Source: Felis catus (Eukaryota). Taken from it: 64,000 nucleotides of DNA. The number at the start of each line of letters is the position of its first letter. Positions within the stretch are counted from its first letter, which is position 1. Of this stretch, positions 38,270 through 50,709 are shown piece after piece. The notes below the pieces were generated by a model, which searched no databases, was not told where the DNA came from, and was given only the letters and a program-made list of their open reading frames with translations. The stretch is taken from contig NC_058383.1 in NCBI RefSeq assembly GCF_018350175.1, forward strand, positions 25,670,001 to 25,734,000, read 5' to 3'. Both the position numbers and the translations under genes were made by a program.

Positions 38270-39367
38270 TCTACCGTGATGACCTAGACAGTGTCTGTGT
38301 CCTCCTGCATCTTGAAGTGGAGAAAGGCAGGGAAAAGAGGAAAAAGAATGAGAGAAACAAAGTAAACAGGGAAGAAAAAAAAATACAGAGATGATTAGAG
38401 CAAAGAAAGAAATAGACAGGCTCTGGTGAAGAGGGATGGGGCTGTGACCTTGGCCAAGGTCTCAGAGGGTGACATGGTCAGGGAGGTGGGGGGGGGTGCA
38501 GTTTTCCACTCAAGAGGTCAAGAGTGTTTAAGCAGAAGGAGCAGGAGGGGCAAGATGGGACTTGGGTTAAGCCCATTTGCCATGGCTGCTGCGGGGAGTC
38601 CAGAAAGAGTACCAAGGGGAATCCTGCAAGCACCTGGGGAGGGAGGGATGGAGGTGCAGTGAGGATGGGTTCCCTGGTGGCCTTTGGGGGAGGTGTGAGG
38701 GCAGAGGGAGAGGGGGATCCCAGGAAGATAGTTCATATTGGATATGGTATGTTGGAAATGAGGGCATGCTTCTCGGAGCTTGGGCGAGTATCCTAACCCC
38801 TTGGAGACCCTGTTTTGTCACCAGGGTAAGGACTGGATGTGCCTAGTGCCTGGCTTCGAGTGAGTCATGGGTAAATATTAGCCGTTACCATTGAGAGACT
38901 GAAAGGAGGCAGTACATACCATTCTCAGCACAGTGCTGGGTTCATGGCTGTCTCTTTAAAGTTTTGCTTTCATTCCCTTATTTTTGAAGAGGTCAGACAC
39001 AGCACAGAATATAAAAATCAAAGAATACAAAAGAGTATACAGAGAGAGTGAATCTCTCTCTCACGCTCTTCTCCAACCACTAGCAATGATGATTCATGAT
39101 TGTTCACTGTGCCAGACCAAAGCAGCAGATGGGAGCTGAAATCCGGGTCGTGCACCCCACCCCCACGCCAGGGGCTGTGCTGTCTGGAGAAAGGGGTGCC
39201 TTTTTCTGACCTGTCAGAGGTAACTTATGGGCTAGCAGGTTTGAAAGGAGGTGGGTCTTAAAGAAGTCAGGAAAAGTGGGAATCTGACAGTGAACTGGTC
39301 TTTTTCTCCCTCCAAACATCTCCTCCATCCTCAATATTCTGGAACATTTCTGGTGTCAGAGGGAAAG

Positions 39368-40373
39368 ATGAGAACCCACCAGGTGCTCGCCTTCCTCCTG
39401 CTCTTCGTAATTGCCTCCGGGGCTTCTGAGAACTCAAGCACGTCCCGGGGCTGCGGATTGGATCTCCTCCCTCAGTACGTGTCCCTTTGCGACCTGGACA
39501 CCATCTGGGGCATCGTGGTGGAGGCGGTGGCCGGGGCAGGCGCCCTGATCACGCTGCTCCTGATGCTCATCCTGCTGGTGCGGCTGCCATTTATCAAGGA
39601 CAAGGAGAAGAAGGACCCCGTGGGCCTCCACTTCCTCTTCCTCCTGGGGACCCTGGGCCTCTTCGGGCTGACGTTCGCCTTCATCATCCGGGAGGACGAG
39701 ACTATCTGCTCGGTCCGCAGGTTCCTCTGGGGCGTCCTCTTCGCGCTCTGCTTCTCCTGCCTGCTGAGCCAGGCGTGGCGTGTGCGGAGGCTGGTGCGCC
39801 ACGGCAAGAGCCCATCCGGCTGGCAGCTGGTGGGCGTGGCGCTGTGCCTGATGCTTGTGCAGGTCATCATCGCCATCGAGTGGCTGGTGCTGACCGTGCT
39901 GCGCGACGCGAAGCCGGCCTGCGCTTACGAGCCCATGGACTTTGTAATGGCCCTCATCTACGACATGGTACTGCTTGTGGCGGCCCTAGGGCTGGCCCTC
40001 TTCACGCTGTGCGGCAAGTTCAAGAAGTGGAAGCAGAACGGGGCCTGCATTCTGGTCACGGCCTTCCTCTCTGTGCTCATCTGGGTGGCCTGGATGACCA
40101 TGTACCTCTTTGGCAACGCGGAGCTGCGGCAGGGAGACGCCTGGGGCGACCCCACCTTGGCCATCACACTGGTGGCCAGCGGCTGGGTCTTCGTCATCTT
40201 CCATGCCATCCCTGAAATCCACTGCACCATTCTGCCGGCCCCGCAGGAGAACACGCCCAACTACTTCGACACGTCGCAGCCGAGGATGCGGGAGACGGCG
40301 TTTGAGGAGGATGTGCAGCTGCCGCGGACGTACATGGAGAACAAGGCCTTCTCCATGGATGAACACAACGCAG
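39368..40373 (+). CDS. GPRC5B: GPRC5B coding exon 2: signal peptide, short ectodomain, 7TM core and start of the cytoplasmic tail (class C group 5 orphan GPCR)
   Basis: ORF 39251..40606 reads MRTHQVLAFLLLFVIASGASENSSTSRGCGLDLLPQYVSLCDLDTIWGIVVE...NYFDTSQPRMRETAFEEDVQLPRTYMENKAFSMDEHNA, recognisably GPRC5B with seven hydrophobic segments. Acceptor TCAG ends at 39359, ATG is at 39368, phase-1 donor GCAG|GTAACG after 40373. Confidence 0.98.
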
Positions 40374-40751
40374 GTAACGTGATCGCCACCCCACCCCCTG
40401 GCGCGGGGTGGCCTCTGGGGCCATTTGCCCCAGAAGGACTCCCTTCTTTCTCTCCAGTGGGGATGGGTGATGGGGGGGTGGGGGTGGGGGAGGGCAGTGT
40501 CCTGGCAGATGGGAGCCCACAAACATTGGCTCCTGTGCTAAATAAAACTGGCCCAGAGATGGGTTTTTATTTAGCATGTTTTCCTATCCATTACCAACTT
40601 ATTTAAATATAAAACCCAGGTTTCTCACCTCTTTTGAAAAGTCAGCTCTGGCAATGCTGGGTCGACATTCCCACCTGGCAACAATTGTCTGGAGCTGATG
40701 GACGGTGCGTGCAGGAAGGCCCGACCTCTCAGGAGTTGTGGCTGCTCCTTT

Positions 40752-41343
40752 TTTTTTTGTTTGTTTTTAATTCCAGTGTAGTTAACATGCAGTGTTATAT
40801 TAGTCTCAGGGGCACAATACAGTGATTCAACAGCTCCGAATAATTGCTCAGTGCTCATCAGGACAAGTGTACTCTTAATCCCCTTCAACTATGCTACGCA
40901 CCCTCCCACCTCCACCCACCTCCCCTCTGGTTTGTTCTCTATAGTTAAGAGTCTGTTTTTGTTTTTCCGTTTGTTTTGTTTCTTAAATTCTACATAAGAG
41001 TGAAATCATACAGTATTGCATTGACTTAGCATTCTACTCTCTGGATCCACCCATGTTGTTGCAAATGGCAAGATTTCATTCTTTTTTATGGCTGAGTAAT
41101 ATTCCATTGTATACATACCACGTGTTCTTTATACATTCATCTGTTGAGGGACACTTGGGCTGCCACTGTGGAAGACAGTATGGAGGTTCCTCAAAAAATT
41201 AAAAATAGAATTACCCTATGATCCGGTAATTGCACTCCTGGCTATTTACCGAAAGAATATGAAAACACTAGTTGGAAGGGATATATGCACCCCTATGTTT
41301 ATGCAATATTATTTACAGTACTTAAATTATGCAAGCAGTCCAA
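40752..41343 (-). mobile_element. 5'-inverted (twin-primed) carnivore L1 insertion in GPRC5B intron 2
   Basis: Minus-strand L1 3' end (40752 to ~41163) joined to a plus-oriented upstream L1 segment (~41162-41345); TSD GTGGCTG(C/T)TCCTTT at 40738-40751 and 41344-41357. Confidence 0.85.
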
Positions 41344-44300
41344 GTGGCTGTTCCTTTACATGGGGATCCACTTTGTGTTTACCACACTCCCCACCACTCC
41401 CTGTTGCCCCTAACCCAGCCACTATAACATATTAACATTAATTCTCTGGCTACCTGGAAGTGTTTGAGTTTGTGGTCCAAGTGCTAGATGGATGCAGGGG
41501 ATATTGGGAGCAACACTTGTGTCTCCTTCCCACTTTCGTCATCACGAGTGTATGAATTGGGCCCTGGAGTCAGATGTCTGGATTCAAATCCTGCCTTTGT
41601 ACTTCCTCGATGTGTGGCTTTTAGCAAATTGCTTTACCTCTCTGAACCTGTTTTTCTCATCTGTAAAATACAGACAATGAGAGAATGTACCTCTCGAGTT
41701 GTGAAAAGTAATATACTGAGTGTCACATGCTGAGGGTCTCCCCCAGGACCTGGCATGCTGGATGTGTATCTTGTTTGGGTTCCCCTGAAAGCAGAGCCCA
41801 AGACTTGGGTACAGCTGGCTTACCCAGGAAGTGTTCCCTGCAAGGGAGAGGGACGGATAACGAGACCAAGAAGGCAGAAATGCTCAAACAAGTAGATCAA
41901 TATGTTGGTCACTGCTGTGGGCAGCTGGGACTCAGTCCTGCCAGGGATGCATGTAGAACGAGCCTCAGACTTGATCTTTGAAATCTGGAGCCTGTAGCAT
42001 CTGCCACCAGTTCCTCCATCACTCACCCTCATGTGTGTCCTCGGTCTCCTATTCTCATTGTCACATCTCCCACTATTCTGGCTACATAAGTTCCATTGGC
42101 TTCTGAGGCACAAAAGCAGAGATTTAGTGGGCACTAGAGGTGGAGGCTGTCTGGGTACCCAGGACTGTCCACACTGCTGTGGCGGGATTCAGAGGTGGGC
42201 CTAGAGGATGTGATGCAGGCACTCAGAGCCCCTATAGATGCTTCAGAAGTATTTCTTAGAGTCATTACTTCAAGTGAGTCGGCTAAGTTCCCAGCACTTG
42301 AAATTAAATAAAATTGCCTTTTCTCAGTTACCTGAAGATTTATCAGGGGCTATAATAATAATAATAATAATGACAGCATTAATAGTAGTAGCAGCAGCAG
42401 CAGTAGTAATTATTACCTAGTATAGTCATTGTTTATTGAGCATTTACTATGTGCCAGGCACTATTCTAAGGCCTTAACCTCTGTTTTCTCTTTAGGCCTC
42501 ACCTCCACCCACTGACATAGGTCCCATTACTATCTCCACCTTATAGATGAATTAAGTGGAGACTCTAAGAGGTTCAGTCACTTGCCCAAGGACATACAGC
42601 TGGGAGATGGCCCATTCCAGATGGTCACAGTCCCCTTTTCAGTGATGCTCACCAAGGTACCTGGGCAATGTTCACCAGCCAGCTGTATTGCAGAGTCTAC
42701 TTTTCTGGGTTGAGTGCTAAAGGCAGCCTGCCTGTCCCCTGCAGGCAGGGGGAAGCACATCGAACCATCAGGTCCTCCAAGGCCACCCAGTGCCCTCCTC
42801 CCCACCTGGATGTGCCCAGCTTCATCTGTACCCCCGACTCCTGGCCAGACCCACTGGAGGGAGGCCCCACCTGTGGACAGGGCTGGAAACCCTGGTGTGG
42901 TATTTATCAGAGCTGTTTCATTCTTCCTAGAAAGCCTCAGGCCAGCAAGCCCATGTTTGTCAAAGGATTTAGCAGGAGTGTCAGCTCTGGTGGCACTGGT
43001 TCACCATGTTACCAGGAAAAGATAGGAGTCAGGATGGGGATCATCACTGGGAGCCCAGAGGGCCCTCCAGGGAATGTGATGAGCAGAGGTCAGGAGCCTG
43101 GCTAATTCGTGGGGTCCTGGTGGAGCCACCTCTTCCCTGGCTCCTCCTGGAACAGGATCCTCTTTATATGAGACCCATAGACTCCCCTTGGACCTCAAAG
43201 GTAATAAGAACTCCTGAAATGGATGTACATTTTTGTACATTCATTGGGGAATTTTTGTCTGTCACTTTGTCAGATTCTCAAAGCTGTCTTCGAACCCCAG
43301 ATGGTTAAGACTCAGTGTTGTTGAACCTGATGGTCTAGTTTACTTGTAATAAAACAGAGATGCTAGAACTATCCAAGCATTGGGGTCTTCAAAAGTAAGA
43401 ACGTTTAACCTTAGTAGGTGTTTACCATGGACCAGGTACCATTCTGAGCATTTTAGTGGCTAATCTCATTTAATCCCTACAATAACCCACTGAGGTCCAT
43501 TTTGCAGATAGGACACTGACGCACAGAAAGGCTACACATCTTGCCTAAGAGGTAGAGCCAGGGTTTGAGTCCACACAGGTTGGATCCAGAGGCCACATGC
43601 CTGATTAGTCTACACAGAATTACTCATCTCTCAGGGCACCTGTGTGGCTCAGTTAAGCATCCAACTCTTGAGTTCGGCTCAGGTCATGATCTCACAATCA
43701 TGAAATCAAGCCCTGCATCAAGCTCTGTGCTGAGCGTGGAGCCTGATTAAGATTCTCTCTTTCCCTCTGCCTGTCCCCCATTCATGCTCGCTCTCTCAAA
43801 ACAAACAAATCAGTATCTAAAAAAAAAAAGAATACTCCTCTCTTCTCGAAGCACTTGAGTGGCCCTTATCTTACTGATGTGCCTGGACAACTTTGTACCT
43901 TGAGGATACAGGGTTTATCAGTCCCCCATTTTATAGTGTAGGAAACTGATGTCCAGGAATATCGGGCAACTTGTTCAAGCTCACACTATAAGAGCAGGGA
44001 AGAGGGGGGGATGTTGGTTCTCTACTACATGCATCTTTTCTTGTGAAAATGCAGCCAGTACTTCATATGTACGTAAGATCCAGGGACAAAGGTATCTGGG
44101 TACTATTGGTATCTATCGGTACCAATAGTATCAGGCCTGGCACATTGGTGATGAGGGGTCTAGGGGTATGTCACACCCTCCTCTATTTCACGCTCTGACA
44201 CATTCCCAAGCCAAGTGAGTTGTCTTTCTGTCCCCTCTTTCTTTTCCAAAACAAAATAGCTTTATTATTTTTATTATTCCTTTTTGATGACAAAACCCAA

Positions 44301-44446
44301 CAATAATCATGTAGAAGTTTCAGCAAGTAAAAATAACAAAAATTGTTCAGAATCCCATTGCCCAAAGGCTCCCATCTTGCCAGACATCTCTCAGTGAACA
44401 CACACAGTCTCTCTCCCTCCCTCCCTCTCTTCCTCCCACTCTCTTT

Positions 44447-44454
44447 CACACACA

Positions 44455-44498
<44 letters not shown>
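44447..44498. repeat. (CA)n microsatellite
   Basis: Direct reading. Confidence 0.9.
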
Positions 44499-44501
<3 letters not shown>

Positions 44502-44912
44502 ACAATCCCATAGAGCGGTTCTTAACCTAGCTGTACATTAGAATCACTTGGGCAGCTCAAAAAAATTACCAGGGCCTGCCCCCTTGTTCTGATTGGATAA
44601 GTCTCTTTGGGCTTAGGTTTTTTGAGCTCTCCAAGTGACTCACAGATGCAGCCACCAATGTATGCAGTGTTCTGCAGTGTGCTTGCTTAAATCAGCATTG
44701 TCTCATGGACAGAGGCCCTTCCAGGCCAGTGACTGCGGAGCATAATATCCTTTTCATGATGCCGAGCTTCCCATTAGGCACAATCGTTTACTTTTCTCAT
44801 CCTCTGCTGATGCATATTCATTCCACTTGTTTCTGGCTTTCCGTATAAGTAATGCTGCAGTGAACATTCACCTCTGGGCCCATGATCAATTAACTTAAAA
44901 AAAATTCCTAGA

Positions 44913-45131
44913 GGGGCACCTGGGTGGCGCAGTCGGTTAAGCATCCGACTTCAGCCAGGTCACGATCTCGCGGTCCGTGAGTTCGAGCCCCGCGTCGGGC
45001 TCTGGGCTGATGGCTCAGAGCCTGGAGCCTGTTTCCGATTCTGTGTCTCCCTCTCTCTCTGCCCCTCCCCCGTTCATGCTCTGTCTCTCTCTGTCCCAAA
45101 AATAAATAAACGTTGAAAAAAAATATATAAA
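44913..45131 (+). mobile_element. Young felid CAN-SINE in GPRC5B intron 2
   Basis: TSD AAAAAAAATTCCTAGA on both sides. Confidence 0.92.
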
Positions 45132-47207
45132 AAAAAAAATTCCTAGACATGCATAAAAGAGTCTCTAAATCTTCATATATACAGCCAAATGGCCCCCCAG
45201 AAGTTAAACTAGTTTACTGTCTTCCCCCTCCCCCGGCTTAACAACTCATGAGAGCCCCATTCCTGTTTCCCCACTTCTTCCCCAACCTTGGATGTTGTCA
45301 GACTTAGTTTCAATAGCCCTGTTTTGGATCATCCCAAATGTGTGTCCACCAGAATTCACCTGGGACCAATGGGACCAGGCAGGGTGAGCCCCGGGCAAAG
45401 TTCACATAGACTAAATTGGAGTCCTGGCTACGATTGCCTTTGTTCTAGAAACGCTTGCTTTGCTGGCTGGGGAACATCTGGGTATGCTTCCTTGTCACTG
45501 TGAGAACAGCTGTTGTCTTTAGTGCTGACCTCAGCCAGCTTGTATTTTAGGGAACCAGGCCCCACAAAGGGCCTTGCCTAGGAGCTACAGTTAGCCCTGT
45601 TTCTTTTGCATTTTAGCCAGCCAGCCTTTTGGGCTCTCTTTCCTTGCAGGTCAAGTCCCAGTGCCCTCAGCTTCTGTATTTCCTTCCCCAAAATGAGACC
45701 CTAGGTAGATACCACTTCATCAGCCTCTCGCTTATTAATAAGTATCAACAAGGCATGAGGTATGTGATAAAAGATTAAAATGCACTGAAGGATGTAGCAC
45801 CTCAGATCACATCTGGGAAAGTGTTAACAAGGCATATTAAATGTTCACCTTTCAAAGGAGCAGTAAAGAAAAGTGTTCTTTCTTTTGGGGGATTTGGGCT
45901 CTCAGATCTCATTAGGATGAAGGGCTATTTAAACTCTGACTCTTAGCTTCCTAATGGAAGGCCCTGAAATCAGCTTTTAGGGGAGGGCCAATCTAGCCTC
46001 ACTTTCAGAGTCTGGGCAAGAGAAGGCCGGCATTCAGCCTGTAAACTTAGATTCCTGTGGGGACACTCTTATGGATGAGCCCTGCTTGTCTTTCACAGCT
46101 GACCCAGGTCAGAGTGGGGTGTTAGTTGGGACACTTGACATTGCAAGCAATAAAAAATATGATTTGAACTGGCTTCAGCAAAAACAAAACAAAATAACAA
46201 CAACAGCAAAACACTAATGTACTGGGAACAGGCTTCAGGAATCATTAGATCACGGAGACGTGAATGATGACTACAGTTGGTCTTTCTCCATGTCTTGGCC
46301 CTGTTAGCATGATGACAGCCCCAAACTCTGGGCTTGCACAGAGTCCCAGTGGAAAAGAGGACCATTTCCCAGGATGCTTGAGCAAAAATCCCAGAGTTAA
46401 CTTTGATTGGAACTTATTGGGCAGGTTGAAGTCACATGCCAACCTCAGGCCAGGGTAGAAGGCAGTCGTAGCCAACACTCAGAATGTGGGAGGGATGTTT
46501 ACCAGAGGAGATCCACAAATAACTACTACAGAGAGGAGCCCTTGGGCTGAGGCACCCCACAGATGGCCAGTAGAGTTGAGCCTTTGTTTCTTGGAGGAAA
46601 TGTGTTGGGGCCAGATTCTCCCACCGCAGCTGGCCGGTTCTCTGCATTATCAGGAGAGCAGTGCTGTTTGGTGTTCCCTCTCTTCCAGCAGGTATCGGCT
46701 AGGAGTTGAGACTAGTAAGAGTCCTCTGATGCCGCTCCCTGGCTCCCCCTTCTCTACTTCCTGGGTAAGGTATCTCCGTGCTCAGCTCACGCATAATGAG
46801 CTGCTTGAAGGCGCGGAGGGAGACGTTAAAGCAAACACTGGCGTACCTATGTCTGGGAACATTTGTTCACCCTACCTCAGTTTCTTCGGTCCAGCTTGGG
46901 CTGAGCTGTCACTTAAGTTTAAGTTGCTTCTGGGGCCCCTGCGTGGCTCAGTCAGTTGAGTATCTGACTCTTGGTTTCCGCTCAGGTCGTGATACCAAAG
47001 TCGTGGGATCCAGCCCCATGTCAGGCTCTGCGCTGAGCATCGAGCCTGCTTAGGATTCTCTCTGTCTCTCTCTCTCCCTCTGCCCCTCTCCCTAGCTTGA
47101 GTTCTTTCTTTCCCTCTCTCTCTCTTAAAAAGTTGCTTCCAGGTAACTGAATGTGATGGTTAAAAACAGTATTTGGAGCCAGTATGGTGTTAAGAACACA
47201 GATTCTC

Positions 47208-47570
47208 AGGGCGCCTGGGTGGCTTAGTCAGTTAAGCATCCGACTTTTTTTTTTTTTTTAAGTTTATTTATTTTGAGAGATAGAGCAGGGGAGGAGCACA
47301 GAGAGAGAGGGAGAGAATTTCAAGCAGGCTCTGTGTTGTCAGTGCAGTACCCAACATGGGGCTTCATCCCTCAAACCATGAGATCATGACTTGAGCTAAA
47401 ACCAAGAGCTGGACACTTAACCAACTGAGCTACCCAGGTGCCCCAACCTGGAAATGAGTGTCTGACTCTTGGTTGCTCTGTTTGGGATTCTCTCTCTCTG
47501 TCTTCCTCTCTCTGCCCCTCCCCTCTTCACATGTCTCTGTCTCTCTCAAAAATAAATAAATGAACTTAAA
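47208..47570. mobile_element. Nested SINEs (minus copy ~47245-47444 inside a plus copy)
   Basis: Plus-strand SINE head broken after CCGAC by poly-T and a minus-strand SINE; plus-strand body and tail resume at ~47460. Confidence 0.75.
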
Positions 47571-49224
47571 CAAACAAAAACCAAAAAAGATTCCCTGCCT
47601 GGGTTTGAATGCTCGTGCAGCCTCTTTCCAAAAGTGGGACCTTGGGCTAGTAACTTAATTTCTCTGTGCCCCATGTAAAGTGGACATAATGAAAGCACCT
47701 ATCATGCTATGAAAATTAAATGAGTTAATATATAAAGTACTTTACACAGTGCCTGGCTCCTAGCTGGCAGTCTATGACGGTTCACTATGTTGCTAAGGTG
47801 ATTTTGGTCCCTGCCTCAAGTAATTTGTAAAAACCCCAAGTTCTCGCGCTACTTTTCAGGCAGACAAGTGACTCCCTTCAGGGAAGACTCTGAAGTGAGG
47901 CTTTTCTTAGCAAAGCAAGATTAGTGCCTTCAAGGAGAATGAAAATTATGACAATGCCATGTTGCTGCTGAGATGGACTTTTGTTTTTATAGTGCCTCTA
48001 CCTTCTTCATTAGTTTTTAATAGATTGTTTTTCAGAGCAGTTGTAGTTTCACAGAAAAATTGAGCAGGAACTACAGGGAGTTCCCGCATGCCCCTATTAT
48101 CAATAGCCTGCATTAGTGGTACATTTGTTGCAGTTGATAAATCAATATTGATACATTACTATTAACTGAAGTCCACCATTTACATTTTAGAGCTCACTCT
48201 TTTGTTTGTGCAGTTCTATAGATTTGACAAACGGGTAATCTCATCTATGTACCATTATAGTGTCAGATAGAATTGTTTCCCGGCCCTAAAAATGCCTTGT
48301 GCTCCACCTGTTCCTCACTGCACACCGCATCCCCCCCCAACCCCTGACGCCCCTGGCAATCATTAGTCTTCCCACTGTCTCTATAGTTTTGCCTTTAGCA
48401 GAATATCTGAGTTGGAATCACAACAGTATGCAGCTTTTACTGACTGGCTTCTTCAACTTAAACTTATGCATTTGTCCCTTCCATGTTTCTTTGTGTAACT
48501 GGGGCTTTCTTTACAAAAAAAGGAAAATTAGATCTCTACAAGCAGAAAGCAAATAAGAAACACCATTTACCCACCTTTCTTAGGTTAAAAAGTGCTGACA
48601 TATTCTGCCTTCTCTGCTACCACTCTCCCTTTTTTCCTGATTAGAAATACCCCACCCTGGTCCTTGGGAGTCCCTCTGTTCTCTCCCCCGTCACTTTCCC
48701 ATGAAGATGACCTCTACTGTGTACTCAGTGTCCACATTCTTAGGGTTGTCTGCCTGCATGTATCTAGAAACAGTGAACAGGGTTGAACGGTGTGGTATTG
48801 AACTTGACATGAATGACGTTTTGTGGGGAGAGAGGACACCCTTGAGGGATGCAGAGGTGCTTCCTTATCGCCCATGGGCTGCAGAGGCTGGGGGTGGGGG
48901 TGGGGGGGGCTCTGGTAGAGGCTCAAAACCCTGCCCCCCACCCCAGCAGCCTGGCCCTGGATTCTACAAACTTCCCAACCCCACTGAGATGGGTCATGCT
49001 CCAAGAGAGCCAGAGAACAAAGCCCCTTTGTGACTTTTGTTTTGAATCTGGCTTGTGACAATGGGGAGGAGTAGGGAGGGGGGTGGGGGATGTGTGCTGG
49101 GAGCACGGTGTTGATGCAGGGGAAGAAAACAAAATTGTGGGGCTTTTTTTTTCCTTTTTTTTTTTCTTTTCTTCTTTTTTTTTTTTTTTTTGGTGTTGTG
49201 TTGCGGCTTCCCGCCTCCCCTCAG

Positions 49225-49337
49225 CTCTCCGAACAGCGGGATTTCGCAATGGCAGCTTGGGAAACAGACCCAGCGCTCCGTTTAGAAGCAATGTATATCA
49301 GCCGACGGAGATGGCCGTTGTGCTCAATGGAGGGACT
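49225..49337 (+). CDS. GPRC5B: GPRC5B coding exon 3 ((A)LRTAGFRNGSLGNRPSAPFRSNVYQPTEMAVVLNGGT)
   Basis: Pyrimidine tract plus CCCTCAG acceptor (AG 49223-49224); 113 nt, phase 1 in and phase 0 out; donor ACT|GTAAGT. Continues the exon 2 frame. Confidence 0.97.
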
Positions 49338-49733
49338 GTAAGTATCAAGAGGTGATGTTTTGGCCAGAAGCCTAAAGAGCAGTCAGTGTTGGGGGGCAGT
49401 TTCACCGGGACACACCTCTCTGTGGGGGCTGCTTACGGGCCCTGCAAAAACACTGGCTCAAGTTGACGCCCCTTGCGGCTAGAATGCATGCAATGCTTCC
49501 ATTGTTCTTTCCCTCTCTATCCCCTTTCTCCACGCACGGAAGACCCACCTATACTTAGTTAACTTAGTCTGTGGATTCATTTGAAAACATCCCTGTTTCT
49601 TGGGGCTCTTGGACCCAATGAATTCTCTGGCTTTCATTATGCACAAGGTACCTCTCCCTCCCTGGGAGGTGACTTTTAGGAAAAGCCCAGAGTTGTGAAA
49701 CCCTGACAGATTTTGCTGACATCCAACCTAGTG

Positions 49734-49736
<3 letters not shown>

Positions 49737-49765
<29 letters not shown>
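49737..49765. repeat. Poly-C run (29 nt) in GPRC5B intron 3
   Basis: Direct reading. Confidence 0.85.
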
Positions 49766-49767
<2 letters not shown>

Positions 49768-50709
49768 CTGCCTGCTGCAGGCCCCTGTCTCTGCCCCAGC
49801 TGGGCACCGGATTCCCCCACCTCTACTCCTTAAAAGATGTCTTCAGAAATTGGAGTGATTATCATTTCTATCCTGTGAGCACAAAAATAGGTTTTACTAT
49901 CTGATGCCAAACAGACCTTCAGCAGAATTGTCATTGTTTACATCTTGCCTCCGTAGAATTACATCATTTTGTTTCTCCAGCAATCCAAAGACACACTGTC
50001 ATTCCCACATTTAATTTCCAAACATAGCTACATGCTTCTTTCAGAAACAATGCATGCCAGTTTACACATGTAAATTGGACTTCCATTCTTTATATCATGT
50101 GCCAATTCCATAACTCAAACTGAGCTTTTTTTTTTTTCCTTTTTTTTTTTTTTTTTAAACGTAAGTCAGGGATGGTCTTTGATCTCTGGAGGGAATTCGG
50201 GTTTTCCTGGCCTTTTGAATGGTATGCGAGGCATTGGTTTGCACTGGTTTGGAACAGGCTCAAAGACAAATAGACTCACAGATTTGCTTTCTGAAAACCC
50301 CTTGCCATCCACTGGGCTGTTTTATTATTGGGTGCCAAGAAAAGCCTGACTCAAAAGCATTTGGCCTGTGTGTTTTAATAAATATGGTTAGAAAATGGCC
50401 CCATCAGTCACTCTTAAGCCCTCCTGGTCTCTTCAAGACCAGTGTCTATAAATACACCCCGGACTTAGAAAGTGAAGGGGGTTTCTGGGTAAGGAAACAT
50501 CCATTAGGGGTGCGTGATTATAGAAAAAAGGACATGACTTCCCAAGAACAGCGCAATATAACACACAGTGCTTGCTGCTTTTCTTGGGAATTACTCAGCC
50601 CATTAGGAGAAAGCAAGGGGACTTCTCTTTGGCACATTGTTAACACATTGGTTTTTGATGTTGACTTTGCAAAGCACAGAGTTCTTAGCTGTGTTATCCT
50701 TGTTTCCAG

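Noticed and set aside
39434..40577. Overlapping alternative-frame and antisense ORFs (242, 178, 134 aa and others) over exon 2
   Set aside because: Expected shadows of GC3-rich coding sequence; no independent evidence.
39251..40606. The 451-aa ORF as a single-exon gene
   Set aside because: Its first 39 and last ~77 codons lie outside the spliced CDS; homology stops at the 40373 donor and resumes in exon 3.
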